Positions 27,274 through 34,536 of a stretch of 37,130 nt of DNA are shown here, piece after piece. This stretch comes from Fidelibacterota bacterium (GTDB lineage Bacteria; Fidelibacterota; Fidelibacteria; Fidelibacterales; DSDE01): contig JBJKQR010000064.1 of NCBI GenBank assembly GCA_046735395.1, positions 1-37,130 of the forward strand, read 5' to 3'. Under the pieces are notes generated by a model. The model saw only the letters and a program-made list of their open reading frames with translations. It did not search any database and was not told the DNA's origin. The translations under genes and the position numbers were made by a program. Numbering within the stretch: position 1 is the stretch's first letter; the number at the start of each line of letters is the position of its first letter.

Positions 27274-28031
27274 TGTCCGAATCCTTTCACGACGGAATCA
27301 ATAATCAGGTACCACCCGTCCACCAGCACAAAGAGCAGGAGTTTGAAAGGCAGAGAAATCATGATGGGCGGCAGCATCATCATACCCATGGACAGGAGCA
27401 CCGAGGCCACGATGATATCGATGAGGAGCATGGGCAGATAGAGCAGGAAACCGATACGGAAGGCCGTATTGATTTCGGAAATAATGAAAGCCGGAATCAG
27501 AACGGAGAGACCGATTTCATCGGGAGAATTGGGACGTTCCGACTGGTTGAGCTGCACAAAAAGCTCCAGATCCTTCTCCCGTGTCTGCTTGAGCATGAAA
27601 GTGCGAAGAGGCAGGATGGCATTATCTATCGCTTCCTGCTGGCTAATATTCTTATTCATATAAGGCTGAATTGCCTTGTCATTGATTTCATTGAAAACAG
27701 GCCGCATAATGAAAAAGGTGACGAACAGTGCCAGGCCAATGAGAATCTGTCCGGAGGGGATCTGGGATGTGCCGAGCGCAGAGCGCAGAAACTGAAAAAC
27801 AATAATGACGCGGGTAAAGGAGGTCATCATGATGAGAATGGAGGGAGACAGGGTGAGAATCGTGAGCAGCAGAACGATCTTCATGGAAAGGACAAAGTCC
27901 TGGGGATCCTTGCTTTCCTCCACCCCGACAGTCACTTTGGGCAGCGGGGTCTGGGCATGCAGCGTCCGTGTCGAAGCAGAAACCATGGCCAGCAGAACCA
28001 GGATCATGAGCAGTCCGCGTCTGAATGTCAT
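27270..28031 (-). CDS. fliP: Export protein FliP
   Basis: MTSFTR, LIPAFIISE and MGMMMLPP.MISLPFKLLLFVLVDGW. Confidence 0.98.
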   Translation of the reverse strand: MTFRRGLLMILVLLAMVSASTRTLHAQTPLPKVTVGVEESKDPQDFVLSMKIVLLLTILTLSPSILIMMTSFTRVIIVFQFLRSALGTSQIPSGQILIGLALFVTFFIMRPVFNEINDKAIQPYMNKNISQQEAIDNAILPLRTFMLKQTREKDLELFVQLNQSERPNSPDEIGLSVLIPAFIISEINTAFRIGFLLYLPMLLIDIIVASVLLSMGMMMLPPIMISLPFKLLLFVLVDGWYLIIDSVVKGFGQ

Positions 28032-28570
28032 TCCGCTTTCTCCTTTGCACTGAGACGGTTCAGGATTGCCGAAAAGGCGAAGGAATGATTATCCGTTCCG
28101 TTGCTGTTCCTCAGGTCCTGAGGAATTAGGTCGGAATCCAGTTCGGTAAGCAGGCTGAGATGGCCTTCTGACTGGGATAAAAGCATGAAACGGCCATAGG
28201 ACCGGGCCAGAAGCACGGCGTTTTTCTGATCCAGATAGCGTCGCGCCAGAATGGTAAAATCCAGATTGGCTCCGAATGCTGCGGGAGCGCTGCGCCGAAC
28301 GAAAGCGGCAATACCGAAGAGGAGCAGAAGCAGCAGGATGGAAATAAACAGTGAACGCATGAAATAGCGATAACTCCGGGCGCCGGAGGCCATTTTTTCG
28401 TGAACTGCCTCGGGGGTGGCCGTCTCCCCGGCCGCGGCGATCTGTTCGCCTGAATTCGGATAATCCGGTGCAGGACGGCTTGAAATGCTGTAAACGGCAA
28501 AAAGCGCCATAATGATGACACTCACAAATATGATAACCGGGAGCTGTCCCCTGCCCAGCTTCAATTTCAT
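28028..28570 (-). CDS. fliO: FliO/FliZ-like export assembly protein
   Basis: TM helix followed by ILARRYLDQKNAVLL...LSLLTEL and an F..IL tail; lies between fliN/Y and fliP. Confidence 0.8.
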   Translation of the reverse strand: MKLKLGRGQLPVIIFVSVIIMALFAVYSISSRPAPDYPNSGEQIAAAGETATPEAVHEKMASGARSYRYFMRSLFISILLLLLLFGIAAFVRRSAPAAFGANLDFTILARRYLDQKNAVLLARSYGRFMLLSQSEGHLSLLTELDSDLIPQDLRNSNGTDNHSFAFSAILNRLSAKEKAE

Positions 28571-29439
28571 CGCTCAGTTTCCTTTTCCTTGCGTCCCGAA
28601 AGTTGCGTGATGCGAATGCCGAAGTGATCTTCAACCACAACCACTTCCCCTTCACCGAACTTGCGGCCGTTGATGAGAAGATCAAGGGGTTCGCCGGCCG
28701 ATTTCTCCAGTTCAACGACAGATCCGGTTCCTATTTTCAGGAGATCCTTGATGGGAATGACTTTCTTTCCCAGCTCCGCCACCACTTCCAGTTCAACGTC
28801 AAGCAGCAGCTCCATACTTTCTGAGTCACCACTACCGCCCTGAGTCGTCATGAAATTTTCGAACTGTGCCTTGGAAACGGTTACGTTGCCCGGGCCTGAG
28901 TCTGCGAGGGCATCTTCAGTCTGAGTCACCCACATATAATGGTTGATTGTAAAAGTCTGGCCATCCACAGAAATGATATAGGTTCCCTGCGCACCATCGT
29001 CACCGGGAAGGCTCTCAAGGGTGGCTGTACTGTTTTCCGCAAGAAAGAGGGAAATATCGGACAGTTCCAGGCCGGTATCCTCGCTCTGTATCTGGATCTG
29101 GGAACAGATCTGGGTCACGGCTTCCTGGAGTCCTTCAATATGGGCCTCCGTGATGCTTTCCTCCGGTTCATCCCCGATCATCCATGCATAGAGTTTCAGC
29201 GTAAGTTCAGGCTCAATGAAGAGAATATGCTCCGCATCGTAGGCGGATGTACTGATCAGTCTCACACCCAGGCTGGGGAACTTTTCGCCGGCAATGGCAA
29301 TGGCCATATTGTCTTCCTCACTTACCGTCGCCTGGATGGAAAAATCCTTCATGAACAGCTGCTGAAGGGTCTCCGCTATAATCGGCTGTATTTTCTGGAA
29401 GGTGCTGTTGAACAGATTATTTATATCTATGTTACTCAT
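28567..29439 (-). CDS. fliN: C-ring protein FliY/FliN (degenerate CheC-like domain + SpoA domain)
   Basis: C-terminal LLLDVELEVVAELG...GSVVELEKSAGEPLDLLING...GEVVVV...FGIRI; about 190-aa N-terminal CheC-like region. Start 29439 or 29445. Confidence 0.9.
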   Translation of the reverse strand: MSNIDINNLFNSTFQKIQPIIAETLQQLFMKDFSIQATVSEEDNMAIAIAGEKFPSLGVRLISTSAYDAEHILFIEPELTLKLYAWMIGDEPEESITEAHIEGLQEAVTQICSQIQIQSEDTGLELSDISLFLAENSTATLESLPGDDGAQGTYIISVDGQTFTINHYMWVTQTEDALADSGPGNVTVSKAQFENFMTTQGGSGDSESMELLLDVELEVVAELGKKVIPIKDLLKIGTGSVVELEKSAGEPLDLLINGRKFGEGEVVVVEDHFGIRITQLSGRKEKETER

Positions 29440-30418
29440 CTTCATCCTCTCCCTTCAGGATTTGTTGAATCTTGATGCCGTATTTTTTTCCAATTTTTCC
29501 GATACTTCCCCGATAGAGCTTTTTATTGGCGGCATAGCCATAGACGGGGTCCGTCACTTCCGTGTCCAGCTTGAGGACATCACCGACCTCCAGCTGCAGA
29601 ATATCCCTCATGGGAATTCTGGCACAACCGAGCCGGGTCTGAAAGGTAACCCGCGTCTTGTTCATATTCTCCAGGACCATGAGTTTATCATGTTCCTTCG
29701 TATCCGGCGTATCAAACAGAACCTTGTCCGTCAGATCCGTGCTGGAAATAATTTTGGATATCCAGGTATAGGGATAACAAAGATTCATCATCGTCGTATT
29801 CCCCTTTACCTCAATTTCCATAGACACAACGACAACCGGTTCGTTGGCGGGAACAATCTGCACGAATTCAGGATTGCTCTCAAAGCGCTGAATCTTCGTC
29901 TGGAATTCCTTGAGTGAAGACCACTGCTTGGAAATTTCCTTGACGGTATGGTCCACGACGCGTTTCATGACACGTCGTTCGATAACTGAAATCGTCCGGG
30001 ACGTGGAAACAAAATTCCCCTGGCCGCCGAAGAGTTTTTCCACGATGAAAATGATGAGCTGCGGAGAAATTTCGAGAACAAACTGAGAATAGGGATCATC
30101 AATGGCCCCGACGTAGATTGCTCCCGGTGTGGAAATGGACATGACAAATTCGGAATAATTGATCTGGTCGATGGCGAGCAGGTTCACCTCGACAATGGTT
30201 CTGAGCTGCACAGAAAGAAATACGGAAAAATTACGGACCAGGCCTTCATGGATTTTTTCCAGAAGCCGCATCTGATCTTTTGAGATAAGATTGGGATGCT
30301 TGAAATCATAAATTGTGACCTTCTTGCGGGTCTTGTCCTCAACGGGTTTTGCATCTTCACCGGTAAAGACATTATTAAGGAGGGCATCAATTTCTTCCTG
30401 CGAAAGTGCTTTTGCCAT
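29432..30418 (-). CDS. fliM: C-ring switch protein FliM
   Basis: LSQEEIDALL CheY-binding peptide, YDFKHP, ESNPEFVQI and LEVGDVL. Confidence 0.97.
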   Translation of the reverse strand: MAKALSQEEIDALLNNVFTGEDAKPVEDKTRKKVTIYDFKHPNLISKDQMRLLEKIHEGLVRNFSVFLSVQLRTIVEVNLLAIDQINYSEFVMSISTPGAIYVGAIDDPYSQFVLEISPQLIIFIVEKLFGGQGNFVSTSRTISVIERRVMKRVVDHTVKEISKQWSSLKEFQTKIQRFESNPEFVQIVPANEPVVVVSMEIEVKGNTTMMNLCYPYTWISKIISSTDLTDKVLFDTPDTKEHDKLMVLENMNKTRVTFQTRLGCARIPMRDILQLEVGDVLKLDTEVTDPVYGYAANKKLYRGSIGKIGKKYGIKIQQILKGEDEDE

Positions 30419-30442
30419 GATTATCTCCTGCGGCGTCCTGTC

Positions 30443-31114
30443 TCAGTTTACAATAAGTTTCGTGAAATAAACGGAATCGATCCAGCCGGTACTTAAATTC
30501 CTGTTAATAATACGTTTTATTTCCTGCTTGGCCTGGTCTGGAAATTCAGGCGTACGAAGTTCGGAAGCGCTGTGAGACCGGAAATACCGGATCAGCGCGT
30601 CCCTGAAGCGGGATTCCCGGAGCAGCACTTCATCGATAATTTCCTGTTTCTTCGCTTCCACGGAAATTTCTGCGATAACGTAAATCCGGCCTGAAGAGCC
30701 ATAGGTGTTTGTGGTGATGGATTGAAGTTTTTCCACGATGCCGATCTGATTTTTACTTTTTCGCTCATCCCGTATCCGGTTGAGCTTTTTCTCCACTTTC
30801 ATCTCATGGACTTTGGGCAAAAGCCATGCCTTAGTGAAAAAGTAGGCTCCGATACCACTGAGCGTAAAGACAAGGATAACGATATAAGCGATAAGAAGCG
30901 CGGGCGGTTTTTTGTGTACTGCGGCGGTACTCCCCATAAGCTTGGCATCCCGTTTCTCCTGTCGGGCACGTTCTCTGTCCATCCGGGCCTGTTCCTTTTC
31001 CTGGGCCCTGTCGTCTTTTTCCCGGCGTTTTGCATCAGCTCTTTCCTGCTTCTCCCGAAGCTTCGCCTCTATTGCAGCCTGCTTCGCTGCTATTTTTTCA
31101 TCTCTATCCGCCAT
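30443..31114 (-). CDS. fliL: FliL with long charged N-terminal extension
   Basis: Single TM followed by a FliL domain (TTN...FRDALI...IN..L..G.IDSVYFTKLIVN); upstream of fliM. Confidence 0.88.
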   Translation of the reverse strand: MADRDEKIAAKQAAIEAKLREKQERADAKRREKDDRAQEKEQARMDRERARQEKRDAKLMGSTAAVHKKPPALLIAYIVILVFTLSGIGAYFFTKAWLLPKVHEMKVEKKLNRIRDERKSKNQIGIVEKLQSITTNTYGSSGRIYVIAEISVEAKKQEIIDEVLLRESRFRDALIRYFRSHSASELRTPEFPDQAKQEIKRIINRNLSTGWIDSVYFTKLIVN

Positions 31115-31176
31115 CTGCCTCTATTCCTCAACCCTTTCTTTCAAGCGCGTGTATAGTTCCACGCAGGTTAATTTAG

Positions 31177-31192
31177 TCCAAATTTCGTGCCA
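31177..31192 (-). promoter_or_regulatory. Sigma54-like promoter of the fliL operon
   Basis: Minus strand TGGCACG-AAAT-TTGGA: perfect -24 element, -12 is GG instead of GC; about 60 nt upstream of fliL. Confidence 0.68.
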
Positions 31193-31410
31193 CACCATGG
31201 CTGAATCACTTTTTTCTCCCGATTTTTCCTTCAAAATATTTTTTTCTCCCTCAAACGACTGCTGCAAAGTTAACCAATAATCGGGAAGCGTTGAAGGGAA
31301 ATATTTTCCAGTATTCGGGTAATTCCTGCATTATTCCGTATGAATTTTCCTCCCGCTTTCCCTCCGCTTCCTTCAATTTTCTCCTTACGGCGCCCTGATA
31401 TCCTGAAGTC

Positions 31411-31460
31411 TGCCTGAATTTCCTCTTTTGTGCCTGAATTTCACCGTTTTGGTCTGAATT
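31411..31460. repeat. Three direct repeats with 20-bp period (core CTGAATT)
   Basis: TGCCTGAATTTC at 31411 and 31431, GGTCTGAATT at 31451. Confidence 0.7.
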
Positions 31461-31494
31461 ATGCTTTATATTTATCAGTATGCAAGGAGAGGAT

Positions 31495-33090
31495 ATGAAA
31501 CGTTGCACCCGACACATCCGGACTTCATTGCCGGCACGGCTGTCACTGCTTGTACTGACGGTTATTTTCAGCAGCTGTTCCAACCCGGCGACCAACAGTA
31601 AACCGACACTGACACTGGAAGCGAAGAAGAATCCGGTGGCGCCGGGACAATCCACGCAAATCACGGCTACGCCCGTTGATAACGACGGAGACGTGGTGAC
31701 CGTAACGTGGGTATGTGATTTCGGCACGCTGAGCGCGGACAACGGAGATATCGTTACCTGGACCGCTCCCGGCGAAGACAATCTTCCCTGCACGATCATT
31801 GCCACAGCTAATGATGGCCATGGCGGCATCACCGAAAAGGATCTTATCATAGATGTAAAAAACAATGCTCCCGTTTTCAATAATATTACCACCACCTCGT
31901 CTACCGTATTACAGGGAAATACGATCACACTGCAGGCTCTGGCCTATGATCCGGACGGCAGCACCGTGCGTTACCGGTGGTCCGATAACGGCGGAGGCAC
32001 CTTCAGCGATACTCTGGTCACCCGGAATACGGCCACATGGAAGGCTCCCACAGGCGATACCTGGATCAAGGTAACCTGCACTGCTTATGATGCTTACGGC
32101 GGAGAAACGGATAAATCACTGGATCTGCTTGTCTACAGCAATTACGGCGTCATCTGGGTCGCTGATTCAGGAACCGATAAAGTCTACAAGTACAGCGCCA
32201 TCGGCGAGTTTCTGCTGACGGTTCAGGGAACCTTTCAGCGCCCTATCGCCATCGCAACCAATGTAGATGAATTCTTCGGCTGTTACGTGGCCGACTATGA
32301 TATGGGACAGGTGTTCAAGATTTCGGAAAAAGGTGCCATCACGCACACCTACACCTCCTTCAAGCACCCCATTGACATTGATATTTTCCAGTCACTCCGG
32401 GTTATCTGGGTTTTGGATGTGGGAAACAATTCCGTCACCGCCATCAATGGCTATACCGATCAGGTCATCGGAACCTTCACCGGACTGAAAGAACCCCGGT
32501 CCCTCAAGGTGAATCAGGAAACGGGAGACGTGTGGATCACGGATACAGGCAACAACCGTATTATCCGTATCCAGCCCAAGGACATTCCCGGAGAGCTGCC
32601 GACGGTGGCAGACCAAAAAACTGTATTTCGCGGCACCAGCAGCAACGGGAATGGATACAATGAACCGATTCATCTTTCTTTTTCACAGCACAAATACAAT
32701 GTGGTATATATCGCTGATATCAGTGACGATGAAGTGGAAATGATTGAAAGCTCCATGTCCGGATTCAAGGAAATCGCTGTTGCCAGCACCGGATATCAGA
32801 ATCCGTCCTTCATCGCCGTATCCGACAAGGGAACGTCTGAAGTGGTATGGGTGATTCACAATACCCAGATTTCCACCATCATGTCCGGTAATCTCTTCCC
32901 CAGCTCCATTGATTATGATACCTTCAAATATCCCTACCGCATTGTAACCGACGATCTGAACAATAAGATATGGGTCGTGGACAACGGACTGAATCAGATT
33001 ATTCCGCTGGATGATACCGGATCCTTTACTACGGGAATTGACATTATTACAGGTTTTGTTTTTATAGAAGATGTTGCCATTAATCAGTGA
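31495..33090 (+). CDS. Lipoprotein with two PKD/Ig-like domains and an NHL/YncE-like beta-propeller
   Basis: GGAGAGG SD before ATG 31495; lipobox-like IFSSC; duplicated D.DG...W...GT.S...TW.AP modules; repeated IWVAD/VWITDTGNNRI/IWVVDNG blades. Confidence 0.85.
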   Translation: MKRCTRHIRTSLPARLSLLVLTVIFSSCSNPATNSKPTLTLEAKKNPVAPGQSTQITATPVDNDGDVVTVTWVCDFGTLSADNGDIVTWTAPGEDNLPCTIIATANDGHGGITEKDLIIDVKNNAPVFNNITTTSSTVLQGNTITLQALAYDPDGSTVRYRWSDNGGGTFSDTLVTRNTATWKAPTGDTWIKVTCTAYDAYGGETDKSLDLLVYSNYGVIWVADSGTDKVYKYSAIGEFLLTVQGTFQRPIAIATNVDEFFGCYVADYDMGQVFKISEKGAITHTYTSFKHPIDIDIFQSLRVIWVLDVGNNSVTAINGYTDQVIGTFTGLKEPRSLKVNQETGDVWITDTGNNRIIRIQPKDIPGELPTVADQKTVFRGTSSNGNGYNEPIHLSFSQHKYNVVYIADISDDEVEMIESSMSGFKEIAVASTGYQNPSFIAVSDKGTSEVVWVIHNTQISTIMSGNLFPSSIDYDTFKYPYRIVTDDLNNKIWVVDNGLNQIIPLDDTGSFTTGIDIITGFVFIEDVAINQ

Positions 33091-33099
33091 ATGAATGTT

Positions 33100-33830
33100 A
33101 GAGTGTTTGCGGGTTTGATGGTTTGCGGGCTGGCGTGTTGATGCGTAGATGAGGAAATAGTTTCTCGCTGAGACCGCGAAGATCGCGAAGGAAGATTAAA
33201 ATTAAGGTTGAGGCTGAGGTTGAGGTTGAGGAAGAAGCAAAACTCCGCTTTGCTGTGAATGCCGGCAATATAGGGAATATCAACTTGTAATCCTGCAGGG
33301 CTGTTTCAGGAGCCGGTCCTCCGGCGACGCGAGCTTCCAGCTTCCAGTTTCTTTCAACCGTGTCGAAGCTGAGCGAAGCGAAACGAAGACAAGCAATTCG
33401 CATCGTTCGCGGGTTGGATGGGTAGATGAGTTGATGGGTAGACGGGTAGACGAGTAGACGGGGAAGAAACGAGAATCCGGGAGTGGACTGATATTTAACG
33501 GTGCTGTTCCATTTTTTCGTGTTGTTTTATGTTCTTTGTGTAGTGCGAATTCTTCGTGTCAATCCGTGTTATTCGTGGATGATTTTTGTTGGCGTGTTCG
33601 ATGCGTTGATGCGAAATGTAGAATAGTAAAGTAGTAGAGTAGTAGAGTTGGATAGAAACGAGAATTTGCCCTGCTATGGAATATCGCAGCACCTTCTTGA
33701 GGCCTACTCGACACTCGCCTGCCGCGTCGAAGTGCTCCGAAGCCGCTGACGGGCGGCGTAGGAGTACAAAGACGGGCTACTCATTACTGCCAATGCATTG
33801 AAGCGTTGACGCGAAAGAAACACGTAACGG
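33100..33830. repeat. Intergenic mosaic of short tandem repeats and REP-like hairpins
   Basis: (GTTGAG)n, (GGGTAGAY)n, (GTAGAGTA)n, (GCTTCCA)n and TTCGTGT-type units, plus hairpins at 33361-33391 and 33725-33774. Confidence 0.75.
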
Positions 33831-33885
33831 GAATCAGATCAATTTGATTGAGATAGTATTCGTAAAAAAGTCTTCTATGATAGTA

Positions 33886-34536
33886 TCAGGGCGCTGAATA
33901 ATCCTGGCTGAGCAGATACAGAATCTCGGTCAGCACAGCCGGAAATGTGGGATAGGTCGTATCCGCGATAATCCATGATTTCGGATTGTCCGGATCCAGA
34001 ATATAATCAGATGTCATTTTTTGAATAATGCTCCAGCAGCCGCTGTAATCCTGGTCCAGAAAATGGATATTGGCCTGGAACAGAAGCAGGTCCAGATAAT
34101 TGATGCTCGTATCCTGTTCAAAAACGAAACTGCTGTCGACACTGAGAATTTCATTGATATAGGTATTGGATGACTTATAATCCTTCTGTGTATAGGTCAT
34201 GACGGCCAGGCCGGTCTTGGCAACAAGTCCCCAGGTCGCATCATATTTTCCCTTGTTCAGGTAGGATGAAGCAGATGAAAAGGACGAATTATCGAGCATG
34301 ATGAGAGTCCAGCCCTTCCCCACATTACCCTCGATATTATTGAAATTAATGTCAAGAGTGCTGCTGAAGGCGGTGAGGGCATCCGGATAATTGTGTTCCG
34401 TGAACAGAGTCCAGCCCTGATTGTTATAATATTTTTCATCGTGAGGCGTTCCTCCCCCATTCCGGGGACAGCCGCTGAAGGCAAGCATCATGGTCAGGGA
34501 CAGGACAGGATATTTAAAATAATTTTTCATAGTCAT
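33886..34536 (-). CDS. TPR-containing lipoprotein
   Basis: Lipobox LAFSGC; GWTLF...ALTAF...GKGW TPR-like helices; start overlaps the upstream stop (candidates 34539/34536/34530). Confidence 0.82.
   Translation of the reverse strand: MTMKNYFKYPVLSLTMMLAFSGCPRNGGGTPHDEKYYNNQGWTLFTEHNYPDALTAFSSTLDINFNNIEGNVGKGWTLIMLDNSSFSSASSYLNKGKYDATWGLVAKTGLAVMTYTQKDYKSSNTYINEILSVDSSFVFEQDTSINYLDLLLFQANIHFLDQDYSGCWSIIQKMTSDYILDPDNPKSWIIADTTYPTFPAVLTEILYLLSQDYSAP

Noticed and set aside
22006..28088. Long + strand ORFs (22006-23097, 24819-25805, 26566-27441, 27273-28088) and similar ones elsewhere
   Set aside because: They are antisense shadows of well-conserved flagellar genes, with no recognisable motifs
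33098..33692. ORFs 33098-33403 and 33495-33692 in the repeat region
   Set aside because: The translations are by-products of low-complexity repeats, with no coding signature
33100..33830. CRISPR array or IS element
   Set aside because: No constant 23-47 bp repeat with unique spacers, no cas or transposase ORF, and no terminal inverted repeats seen
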